A stretch of DNA of 64,000 nt from Lama guanicoe (taxonomy: Eukaryota): the NCBI GenBank assembly GCA_013239625.1, contig MU054001.1:4690167-4754166 (forward strand), in the 5' to 3' direction. Shown here piece after piece: positions 1 to 11,318 of the stretch. Under the pieces are notes generated by a model, which had not been told where the DNA came from, searched no databases, and saw only the letters and a list, made by a program, of their open reading frames with translations. The position numbers and the translations under genes were made by a program. Every line of letters starts with the position of its first letter. The first letter of the stretch is position 1.

Positions 1-590
1 TTGTTGAATGAATGTGTCCTCCTGCATTCTCCTCTCTCCTGATGGAGCCAGAGCTAAGCCTGAGTTTGAGGCCATATCCTTCTTCCACTCCAAAGACCCT
101 CTCACCTCCTCCCAGAATGGAGACTCTGCAACCCAGCCCTATTTGACCTTGAAAAGTCCAAAGCTCAGGCAGCAGAGGGGCTGGGGGAGGGGGAGGGACG
201 TGGGTGGAAAGGAAGGCTGCCTCGAGGTCAGTAGGCTTGATGACTGCTCAAAAGTGGCTTCCAGGCCAGGAGGGAGCTGGAGGGTTCTAGGTGGTCATGT
301 CGCTGCTGCTGGGGGTGAGCAGGAGGGTCCCCAGTATGGGGTGGAGGTGCCTGCAAGGTGGGACGTTCTGGCGCCTGGTGTGTGAGCTCTGAGGAGCAGT
401 TAGCTGGGAGTGGAGCTTCACCCTGTGTGATGAGACACAAACCTTCATACTCCCTCAGGTCTCCTGGAGCCAGGAACAAAAGCCTTAATTCATTCATGCA
501 GGGATTAAACAATATTATTGCACTCTAACTACGAATCAGGCTCTACCCTGGTCTCTGCCCCCCTGGAGCCGCAGTCTGGGGAGGAGGGGA

Positions 591-702
591 GAGGCTGACC
601 AAGCATCCTGGTTTGCCCAGGACTGAGGGCTTCCTGGAATGTAAGATTTTCAGCCCTAAAATTGGGAGAATCCCAGACAAACTGGGAAAGCTTGTCACCG
701 TA
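591..702. mobile_element. Short hAT-type non-autonomous DNA transposon (MER81-like)
   Basis: About 112 bp with degenerate inverted ends (AGGCTGACC...TGTCACCGT) and internal ggtttgcccaggactgaggg / tcccagacaaactggga, matching the recalled MER81 consensus. Confidence 0.7.
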
Positions 703-2040
703 TTTCAGACGTAAACATAGATTCGTATCACCCAGGATCAGGACTGGGAGACTCAGGGGATGGGGGACTCCAGGGGGGACAGTGTGTGGCAGGCCTGGTG
801 CGCTTAGTGGGAGCTTTACATGGAGTTGTGCATGGATTGTGATGTCTGGAAGGGGTGAGGTTCTGGAAGGGGTTTCTCCCAAAGATTCTTCCCCTCCTTC
901 TCAGTTCTTCACGCCACATCATAGCCAGGGTGGGGACAAAGGCTCCCTGGGACCTGGGATCGGCCGCCTCTATCAACCTTGAGGACCAAGTCTCCTTTAT
1001 GAAGAAGAGGGTTCCCCAAAGTCAGCTCTGGGGACTGCCACAGAGTGTACCTGTGGGGCTGACCTCCACGTCCTGAGCCACAGCCTGTGTTGTCATCCGT
1101 CCATTTCTTCACTCACTTCTTCACTCAGCACGTGGTGCCTTGGCGATGCCCTGAGCTCAGGACCGGAAACACAGGGAGCTGGTAGACACACAACCTTGCC
1201 GGCCTATCACCTTGGGGCAACCTCGGAGCCAGCCTGCTCCAGATTTAAGATTTCTCACCAGGGCTGCTGGTGGGAAGGACTGCATTAAGTCAGCAGAGCC
1301 TTATCCATCCCCAGCTGACTTCCCCAAGAGCTGGCCCCCGGGGCGGGGGTGGGGGGCTCCCCTGCCAGGCGTTTCTCTGGAGCCTTTGTCCCCAGAAGTC
1401 TGTGAAGGGGCTTGAGAGAATGGAATCTTGCACCGTTCTCTTGGAAAAGCCATTTGCCCATTGAAATGCAATTTACTTCTGAAAAGAGAAAAAAGACTAG
1501 AAGGGCCACCAGGGTGAGAAGGTGTTTGTGGAACTCACCAGCCAACTTTCAGTGTGGAGGTGAGGTCCCAGGAAGATGCAGGGCTGGGCTGGACACATGG
1601 TCGCCGTCCCCCATGACCCTCCACATCCTTGATGCTAAATGCTGTTGTGCCAATCAATTGATTTTTATTCCTTAACGTGCTTTAAAAAAAAATTCAATAA
1701 AGGAAAACCCCAAGCTGACAACGTAATAGTACGGTTCAAAGAGAATAATTAAAAAAAAAAGCTATGGAATTTTTGGAGGGAATGTCTTTGTGTGTTCCAG
1801 CGGCCATGGCCGTGGTGTGGTGTAGCAGGCCGCCTCGCATCCTGGTGCGCGTGTGGGGAGGTCCTAAAGGTAAAAGCAGAGCCGTGGCGGAAGGAAAAGG
1901 CCCAGCGTTGGAATGTGTGTGCTTGTGTCGGTTGGTGTGTGTGTTCCTATCAACACATGTACATATTTATCAAATTACATCTGCTTTTACCTTTAAAATT
2001 TTATGAACACGGGCATATGGCGCATTATCCTGCCACAGAA

Positions 2041-2086
2041 TGTGCGTGCGTGTGTGTATGTGTGTGTGTGTACGTGCACGTGTGCA
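2041..2086. repeat. Imperfect (TG)n microsatellite
   Basis: tgtgcgtgcgtgtgtgtatgtgtgtgtgtg... Confidence 0.85.
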
Positions 2087-3946
2087 CAGGCAGGCCAGCT
2101 CGACACTCCCTCCTCGAGAGGCTGAGAAACTCTTCTGCAGAGGAGGGCCCTGGAGCGCATGGGGCTGTGGGTGAGCTGACCTCCCCAGGGTCCCAGCCTG
2201 GCCCTTGGCCCACCAGGCCATGAATACATTTCCATCCATCTCCAGCCCCCATCACCTAGGCAGCTAATTCCTCTGAGCCCCTCTGCCTTATTAAAGTCAC
2301 AGATCACTTTCCTGAGCTTAACGCTGTCAAGACCGGTGCGCCCCAGTTCAAACCCCCTCCCTGCCGCCACGCAGCCTCTCCTGGAGGGCTGGGGGTGGAG
2401 GTGTGGGTCCTGCCAAGCCCCCTGCCCCCACCCTGTCCCCTCCTCGGTTTGGTCTGCCCGACGCCTTGCAGTGATCAGTGAGGTCGCCTCAAGATTCCTT
2501 CAGTAAAGCCCTTGGCAGGGAGACAAGGGCCGTCACAGCTGTGCTGCAACAGACTGGCTTCCAGAGGCGAGGACGGGGCCGGCCCACTCGAAGTGGCTCC
2601 TCGGCAGAGGGGTGCGAGGCTGGCTGCTGGTTCGGAGAACACTCCTCCCGTCCCCGGCTGCCGTGGCCTCCCCCGTTATGAAATATGGATGGTACCAGTT
2701 CCAGCGTTGGGAGACTCGCTGGCAGCGCCGAGCGTCTCCAAAGGCCCGCCTTGTGCATGCACCTAAACACTTCACTGAGCAATCTGTCAACATGTCAGCA
2801 ACACATGTTTTGTAAAAAGCTTCCAGTGGGAGTAATGACTCCCACCAGGACTTCCAAAATGCTTTGAATTCAGCAGATTTCTATTGCGGGCATCCCCTGG
2901 GGTGCCTTTTACAATGCCTACATTTCAGAAATTTGAGCCACAGACCCCTGGGGGTTTCCTTTCATAATGCCTCAAAATGTAGGGTTATATTGTTGGAAGT
3001 CCCCATGGGGTCTTTATTAATACCTGAATTCTGAGGAACTGGAAATTACACAGGGCACTGCAGGGGCCCAGATCCACACCAGGAAGAAGAGAAAAACTCT
3101 GTGGGGAGATTTTTTTTCTTCATGCAAGAGTGAAAGAGAAGAATTTGCTAAAGGACAAAATTGAGTGTGTTTGAGCTTCCTTCATTTAATCTGCCTTCTA
3201 GAACGCTACAGTAAAATCTGCGACAGGGAAGGGGGGAAATGACTTTTCTATTTTTAAATCGCACTTTGATATTTCAGGGGCTGGAATATATTCTCTTTAA
3301 ACACCCAGTGTCGAGGGGTATTGTTTAAAAATAAATTATTTTTCTTTTTGGTAATGGAAAACACCTCAGCTCGGGTCTCCCTCTTCCTCAGAGCTGTTAA
3401 ACTCCTGTCACGCTCAGTCTCATTATCATTAACTGTTTGGGGTCGGTTTGAGATGTTGGCCTGCTTGCTCCCCTCCCCTCCCTTCTGTGCATTAAAGATG
3501 AGAAAATCAACCTTGGAGACAGGCCAACCCCCGTGCGAACTGGTTTCAAACCCTCTTTCCCAGTTGGGGCCATCAGAATAGGAAGTATCGAGGTTGCTGA
3601 CTACTTTTTTTGCAAGCATTTTGTTGCTGAAGTCTTGAAAGGACAGGGTGCTTTCCTGTCCCCCAATACCCCCCTCCCCCCAGCTTCTGCATGTGACTTG
3701 TTCCAGCCTCTACTGTCACCTTCCGTACTGATTTTTACAAGTTACAGGGCTTCAACATGTTAAGCATTGGGGTTAATTTCAGCTGCCTTTTTTCCCTTCT
3801 AAATCTGGCACTTACTGGCTTGCTGAAAAGAGGTCCCTTGCTCTCTCTATTTCTATTACAGTCTCATTGACTGGGACAAGAAAATAACATTGAGAGTGCT
3901 AACTTGCAGCAGCCAAGGCCAAGAAATTCTAAGTTGCTGATAAGAC

Positions 3947-4004
3947 CCTCCCTCCTCGCTCCTCCTCCCTCCTGCCTCCTCCTCCCTCCCTCCTCCCTCC
4001 TTTC
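3947..4004. repeat. CCT-rich polypyrimidine low-complexity tract
   Basis: cctccctcctcgctcctcctccctcctgcctcctcctccctccctcctccctcctttc. Confidence 0.85.
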
Positions 4005-5700
4005 TGCCAGAGTGGCTGGATCACACAGGGGACTCGAGAACTCACATTTTCCCCCCTCGGTGAGACTCCCAGACGGTGCTCAACCATCTGTGGTCCCGTG
4101 GGTCCAGAAGAGGGGGCCCGAGGAGGGGGGTTTGCCCATCAGGAGCTGGTTGGGTCAGACACTCACACAGATCCTCTGCACCCACCCTGAGCGGGCTGAT
4201 TAATTAAGCGATTGCATCATTGATTCAAGGTTTGTGATTTGGTGCCAGGGCGCTTGGCTGGCGCGTTCCTGAGCTCTGGTTCTCTCCCAGGGGCTGTCAG
4301 TTGTAGGATCCCCCCTTTTCTTTTTTTTTTCCAGTTGGATTTTCCTCCTCCCTGCCAACCCTGGGCGGGTGGTGAGGAAAGGAATTGGGCCCTCTGTGAT
4401 CCAGCCGCCCCCAACCCCCCAGCCAGGAAGCTGTGGTGGCTCCTGGGGTGTCTTGATGGCGTGGGGCTTGGGCTCACAGCCCCGGGCAGACCCCAGGAGG
4501 CGCCTTTTCTCCTCCCAGCAGGCCCCATGGGCTTCAGCAGGGGCCCGGAGACGAGAGGGCAGGGAACCCTGTGGCGCTGACTTGACATTTTTAGCTGAAG
4601 ACCTTTGTTCAGACCAATTTCCAAGTAGCTTTGGGTTGGAGTGCATTCTGCTTTTTTCTTTTTCTTTCTTCTTCTTCTTTTTTTAAAAAAAAAAAATTCT
4701 GGGCCTATTTTTCCTTTTTCTTTCAAAGCGACAAAATAGAACCTGACCCTAGGAATCCCGGTCTTGCCATTTCTTTCCCCAAGCCGCCACCCCTCCCGCC
4801 TGGCCAGGAAGGCCTGCGTTTCCCAGCAGCGCCTGGGTCTCGGACCCTCCTCTCCCGCCCCCTCCCTGGTCCTCTGAGGGCTGCAGACTCCCACGGGAGG
4901 CCGTGTCACCGCCTGGGGCCTGGTTCTTGCGCTGTGGGGTAGAAGCCGCCGTTTTTCTGTCCTCCTTCCTTGAAGAGACTTTGGCCCCATTTTGGGGAGA
5001 TAGTGAAGTCTGCTCCGTTGCATCCATAGCCTCTGACCTCAGGGTTGAGAGCCCTAGAAATGGGCGGGGAACGGTACAGGAAGAAAATTTAACCCACTTC
5101 CCAAGAATACAGACTTTTTCCAGAAGAGGCCTGGGCCATGTGGCAAGAACCTGTAAAATTTTCACTGAATAAAGGTGGCATTATAACAGCACCTCCTCCC
5201 CCAAATAACCCAAAACCAAATCCATAAAAACAACCCAAAACGGAACAATAGAAATTCCTTCTCCTTGTGTGCCTCAAAGTAAACACTGGAGACACTGCCT
5301 TTGGGAAAGAGGGGATTGCAAACTTAGGTGCTTTAGAAGACCCACCCTACATGCCAAAATGGATGGCAAACCTGCGTCCAGCACTAAACTCCATGCGGTT
5401 CCAAAGAGGAAGCGTTGGGGCGGGGGAGGCGGAGTCCATGAGCCCCAGACAGATGTCCAGGGAAGGGAGGCCAGAAAGCCGCCTCTGTGCAGTGATTTAT
5501 TTTATTTTTTAGATCTATATGCTTTGGCCACGTTTATTTATTTATTTCCAAAGGGCTATTTTTGTCTGCCCGGGCTCCTTTGTAGCAAAGCCCCCTTTTC
5601 TAGAATTTCCTCTCCTTTATTAGAGTTACAGCTCAGCTTTGTGCGGCCCCGGGGGAGCCGGCCAGCCGCTGGCAATTTCTCTCAGACACCCAATTACCCC

Positions 5701-5738
5701 CTGACGTCAGTGCCTCCTCGCCCTGCTCCCCTGGGTGC
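5701..5738. promoter_or_regulatory. Full CRE palindrome next to a ZNF423/EBF-like palindrome
   Basis: CTGACGTCAG at 5701-5710. GCTCCCCTGGGTGC at 5725-5738 has one mismatch to GCACCCnnGGGTGC. Function is not shown. Confidence 0.45.
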
Positions 5739-6569
5739 CTGCATTTTTTCCTTTGTAACACTAATAGCTGACTAGCTAAGTGCCTGTCGGTTCCTTGGCA
5801 GAGGAGTTGATTGTGTTTTCGGCTGGATACTAAATCCAAAAACTATGTAAAAATGTCAATAGGTGAGTGCACATTGATTTTGGTTAGTCACAGTGATATT
5901 TGAGCCCCTTTGGGAACTCTGTCTGGGGAAGTATTTTACAAGAAAGATAATATAACAGAAAATTACTGGAGCTCCGCGGGTCTCTGGTGGGTTTCTTAGG
6001 GGCCTGCTAAATTGCTGTAGAATCAACAAATGCTTTATTAATCTAAATTTGTGGTTTTGTTCTTTCTTCTCTTCAGAAGGTTGGAGTTTTAATGATGCCG
6101 GCGGCGAGGCTGGGCGGCGCGGCCGGCACCTTGGCTGCCGGGTTGGGGTACCCTGGCTGGTAATGAACTCCCAGAGGATGCTGGGAGCAGGGCGGCTGTG
6201 TTCCCAGCCGGCTTCCTGGGGAATGTGGAGCAGGCGCCCGGGCCTGCCGCTTGCCAGGCTGAGGTCTGTGCGAGCAGATAAAGTGAGGGGCTGAGGGCCT
6301 GGAACAGCTGTGCCGGGCCAGGCTGACTGGGAGAGGCTGATAAGGGTCCAGAAGGAGCCCAGGCGGGCGGCGTGGCACAGCCAGAAATCTGATGGGGTAT
6401 CAGGACTGGCAAAGAAAGTTAAACACAGGGCCGGTTCCGGGGGATGGTTGGCAGACCTGCGGAGAAAGATAATGGTAATTGATGGAATCAAAGTCACAGC
6501 ACAGCCTTGTGTTTTCTTGGCAATTAATTTCCCCCCCCCCCAAATTCCCACCCCCCCCCCATCCCCCAC

Positions 6570-6606
6570 NNNNNNNNNNNNNNNNNNNNNNNNNNNNNNN
6601 NNNNNN
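6570..6606. other. Assembly gap (37 N)
   Basis: Run of N directly after poly-C tracts. Confidence 0.99.
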
Positions 6607-6930
6607 TCCCTGGCGTTCAGAGCCCAGGATGCCCCACGAGCAGCCTGCTGGCTCAGATAATCAACACATGCCCTCCTTGCTTTGAGGGGCGGGTGGGAGC
6701 CCGGGAGATACGGCCGAGAAGAGGCACAATTAGAGACTGGCTTTTAAAATATATATTACAAACAAACAAGTCAGAAAAGAAAATCCCATTGAAAAGTTAA
6801 GGACGTGTCACTCTGGGAGCTCATCTGGTCTTGCTCTGGAAGGAAAGGAGGAAAAATCGATGTCTTTGTAAGAGTGTCGGGCGCTGTGTCTCCTGGCTGG
6901 GCAGGACAATGTGAGCCCGGCCAGTCCCTG

Positions 6931-6990
6931 CACACGCGCACACACACACACACACACACGTACGCCCGCGCACATGTTTGCACACGCACG
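6931..6990. repeat. (CA)n microsatellite, imperfect
   Basis: cacacgcgcacacacacacacacacacacg... Confidence 0.9.
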
Positions 6991-8799
6991 CCTCCTACGC
7001 GATGCTGCCCAGGGAGATGGCGCTGATAATGGGACAGCAGTTTATGCCGCGTAAAGATGTGCCTGCTTCTCCCGAGCATGTCGTCCTGTCCCCCTCTACC
7101 TTTTTTGTCCCTTGAAAAGCAGCCCTTCTTCTCAACAATGGGCCAACCAGGCTGTTGCCACGGGCTCATGCTGCCCGCCTGCTCCGTAGGTGAGGCGTTC
7201 AGCCGGCCTTTTGTTGTGCACACGCTGGGACACACCTGCTTGCAGAGATGCGCGTGAACGCACAACTCTGCACTCACACCCACTCCTCTGCACGGCCCGG
7301 CTTGCTGGCTCCTGAGCGAGTCCCGCTGTGCTCCAGAGAGCCCCCGTGTAGGCTCCAGGATCTTAAGCAAATAAAACACTCCAAAAATTTTCCCTGGGGT
7401 CTTCTGAAATTAAAATTAGTGCACAGTAAAACGGTGTGTCCGTCCGGCATGTGAGGCACGGACCTCCGAGTAACTGGAAATGGTATGAGGGAGGCAGGTG
7501 ATTCTACCTGGATCCTACTTGGTAGGTAGCTAATAGTAAAGAGAGGAGACCTCCCATTGGAAGGTGACACTGTAAGTCAGAGGGACTTTTGTGTCCCACC
7601 CACACATTTTCTGGCATTTCTTCTTGCTGGGAGCTGCCCTGCTCCCAGCCCATCTCTGGCTAGGTGACATGGACCTTGTATCAGAAGCCAGCTGACAAAG
7701 GGGCCCACTGGGGCAGGACTTCTGATTTGATTCTGATCCCTCATCGGGTCCACCTCGTCCTTCCTTGCTGAGGGGTTGACATCAGCCCTGCGTGGCAGCA
7801 GTCCCCGTGTAGTGAGAGAGAGGTGTGGGCTGGCCCCTCCCAGCCAGCCTCCTCCCCCTGGGCTGACTACCGGCATTCCTGCATTGGCCCTGGGGCAGCT
7901 CCCCTGAGCTTTGTCTCCCCTACTGGGTGGGAGGAAGGAGGTTTGGAATGGAGGCCCCCTGGTGACTTCTGAGCCTTCAAAGCCTGGGACAGCACGCCTC
8001 CAGGCCCCTCAGCCTCCCTCCTGAATGGGCTCTGCAGGCCGGCAGCTGTTTTGGGGCCTGGAGAGAAGGAAGGGGGCTGGTCCTTTGTCCCTGGAAGGAG
8101 GCCTCCCGGAGGCCCAGGCCTGCATGGCGGGCAGCTACGTTAACCTTCCACCCTGGGGGGGAGGGGGCTTGCCTGAGGTCAGGCACATAATGAGGCCAGG
8201 TCCCTGGCTGTCCCCTGCCTGGGCTCCACCAACAAAGGCCCAGTCAGGCTGCACAATGAGGGGGAGGTGGCCGGGTGGGGGCGGGTAGGTGCCGCCACAG
8301 CCTGCCTCTGCGGCCCAGGGTTTCCTTCCAGCTCACCCCATGCTGGGCACTTCAAAGGGGCAGAGGGGAGAGGCCAGCCTGGCCAGGCGGGCCTGGGCCT
8401 CCTGCTCCCAAAGCCACCACCAGAGGTGGAAAAACACCTTGAGAATGTGGCCAATGGAATCAGGTTTTTGGAATCTGGCGCCATGGGGAGCCTGTGGTTG
8501 GGGGTCTGTCTCTGGCAGCCTTGTTTCATTTTCTTTTGTTTGAAGCTAGAGCTCACTATGGCCCAATTATTTAAATCAGTGCCTTTCAAATCAATAATAA
8601 TAATAATAACAACAACAATAATATCCCTTGTATGAGGACATGTGTCACTGAATTCAGAGCATGTCCTTACCCTGTCTGTCTCTGACTTTAATACCCACCT
8701 GGCGCGGTGGGAACTTGAGCACCTCAGTCTTTCAAGTGGGAGGAAGTGGGGAAAAGGGTGATTTCTGGGCCACAGAGCTTGGCTTTTTTTCCTGATCAC

Positions 8800-8906
8800 T
8801 CTTAATTCTCACAGTAACGTTGAGAGCCGGGCATTTGGTTCCATTTTACGGATAGTCCTCTGAGACTCCAAGAGGATAAATAAGTCTGCCCAGAATCATA
8901 CAGCTC
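8800..8906 (-). mobile_element. MIR SINE fragment
   Basis: ccattttacggatag...tgagactc...gcccagaatcatacagc resembles the reverse MIR core. Confidence 0.6.
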
Positions 8907-8919
8907 CGTCCCTTGCAAA

Positions 8920-9075
8920 CTCTGTGACTGGTTAATTTCCTGAGCATCTCTGCGCCTCAGTCTCCTTATCTGTAAAGTGGGGCTAATAGTAGGAGCTACC
9001 TCATGGGAGTGTTGGGAGGATGCAGTGAACTTGGTGTCGAGGGCTCGGAGTGTGCGCAGTAAGCACACTGTAAAC
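8920..9075 (+). mobile_element. MIR SINE
   Basis: Core ctctgcgcctcagtctccttatctgtaaagtggggctaatagta...tacctcat. Confidence 0.8.
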
Positions 9076-10364
9076 AAGAGCTGCTCCTCCTGTTAAAGTT
9101 GTCTGGTCTGGACTGGAGTTTGGCCCAGAGCCTCTCGGCTCCAGAGCCAGTGCCCTTTTGGCTTCGTGACCAAACAAAATGAAACTGTGGGCTTGTCGAG
9201 GGATGATTAGTCCGACCTGGCTGGTGTAGAGCCGAGGAAGGGGTCCAGGGAGGGAAGGGCCGGGATCCCAGCCACAAGGTGAGTGGTTTGTGCAGATGGA
9301 AGCCAGAGGGGTCCCAGGGCCGCACTCGCCTGTCTTCAGTAGGTGTTGGGGTGTGGGCAGGTGTCACGCATATTTTACCAGCTTTTGCTTAATTGCAGAG
9401 ATTCACCTCTTCCCGTGATACTGGACCATATTTTGTATCTTGGAAATGCGCACAAGAGTTTCCCGAGGCTCTCCTAACACTGTGCCAAGAAGCTGTTACG
9501 TGTAACCAAAACTGGCTGCCTGGTCCCCTTTGCCCACTCTGTGGCCCCGGGGTGCCTGCCCTGGCCAGGAGCCTCAGAGTCCTTCCTGGAAGGAGGAGGC
9601 CAGAGTCTCCCCCTCCCTTTCCTCGGAGGCCAACTTGAGTCCTGCCCTTTGTGGGAGAGGAAGGTGTAGGGCATTCAACCCTTGGAAAGCCCACAGATCC
9701 TAAAGAGACAGAGAGAAAGGCACGTCAAAGGACATCTCAGTGCCTGGGCAGCACAATTTGCCATCCCATCTTACAGAGGAGCAGAGATTGGTTGTTCTTA
9801 TTATGGGCAAAAAAGTGCTTTGAGAAGTGGCTGGAGGTACAAAACCATGTGTGCAGTTAGGAGTTTTACAAATCAAGTCCTACTGAAAATGCCCCTAGCT
9901 GTTACGATTTATGGAACCCTCTCCATAGTCATTTGGCAGAATGGAGACTCATGCTTTGTGATGAGAACTCCTCTTCCACTCACTGGAACCCACTCTCTGC
10001 CAGGCACTGTGCCCAGTACATGGTGAAGCCGAGACAGGTAAGAGCAGTGTTGGACCTCCAGGAGTTTAGTTGCCCACCCATCTCCCTCCTGCTTTCCCTT
10101 CCTCCTTCTCTCCTTTCCATTCATCAAATATTAAGCATCCTCATCCCTATGCTCATTATAGGGGTCCACAGAAATGAACAGAGCAGGAGATCCATGTCAG
10201 ACAGAGATGGAGGAGCAATGCAGTGGACACTGGCAGAGGGGTGCCTGTGAGACTCGGCTCTAGCCTTGGTCCTGACATTGACTGTGAACTTGACCAAGTC
10301 TCCCACCTGTTCTGAGCCCTCATTTACAAAATGGGGAGCTGAACTATGACATTGGTCAGGGATC

Positions 10365-10790
10365 ACAGTTGCAAGGAATGGAGGCACATCTCAAACTGGC
10401 TTGGGAATAGACCTTCAGGCACGGCTGGAGCCTTAGGAGTTCTCCTCTCGTGTTCTTGCGTCTCTGCTTTCCTGTTTGTTGGCTTCATTCTCAGCCAGGC
10501 TCTTCCCTAGAGGGGGCAAGTTTTAATCCCCCTCCCTGCCGGACTCCACATGCATATCCTCCTTGCTGAGGTTGAACATCTCTTTCTTGCAGTGTAAGAA
10601 ACTCTCAGGGTGCACTCTGATTGGTCCGGATTGGTCATGTGCCCATCCCCAAACCCGTCTCTGTGGCTGGGGGATGCAGTGCTATCTGGCCAGGCCTGGG
10701 GTACCTGAATCACTTGGGGGAGGGGTGTTTGCTCAAGGAAGACAGAGTTGCTCTTATAGAAGGTGGGGTTGATGCTGGCCAGGCTAAAAA
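10365..10790 (-). mobile_element. Old MaLR LTR (MLT1-type) fragment
   Basis: cagttgcaag...caaactggctt, ttggcttcattctcag and ctctgattggtcc...ggtcatgtgcccatcccc motifs are typical of reverse MLT1J/K/L. Confidence 0.65.
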
Positions 10791-10849
10791 GCCTGGGGCA
10801 TTCCACCTCATCATCAGTAAGCATCCTTCTTATTTTGTTCATGCATTGC

Positions 10850-11080
10850 ATAGGAGCCCAGCGACCTGGGTTCTAATCCTAGTTCTGCTTCTTACTTACT
10901 GTGTAACATTAAGCCAGTTACTTAACTCTCCAGGTCTCAGTTTCCTCATCTGTAAAATGGAACCAATAATAGTACATATCCCTTACAGGGTTGTTATGAG
11001 AATCAAGTGAGTTAACCCATATAAAGCACTCGGAGCAATGCTTGGCATGTAATAAGCACTTAACTTAATGTTAGCTGTTG
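10850..11080 (+). mobile_element. Near full-length MIR SINE
   Basis: gacctgggttctaatcc...ttacttaactctc...ctcagtttcctcatctgtaaaatgg...ggttgttatgagaat...tggcatgtaataagcact. Confidence 0.9.
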
Positions 11081-11200
11081 CTGTTTTCATCTATTCACCC
11101 ACTTATTCATTAACTCTCCTGCACTCAATTAGGAAGTGAATACATGATAGTCTGTGTTCCATAAGGGAACTCATAGAGGGATTCTGTACTCATTAAAAAG

Positions 11201-11318
11201 ATTTTTTCGGGGGAGGTAGGTAATTAGGTTTACCTATTTATTTATTTAATGGACGTACTGGGGATTGAACCTTCTGCATGCTACGCATGCACTCTACCAC
11301 TTGAGCTATACCCTCCCC
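11201..11318 (-). mobile_element. tRNA-Ala-derived SINE (camelid vic-1 type)
   Basis: Reverse complement reads GGGGAGGGTATAGCTCAAGTGGTAGAGTGCATGCGTAGCATGCAGAAGGTTCAATCCCCAGTACGTCC plus an AT-rich tail; A and B boxes are visible. Confidence 0.85.
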
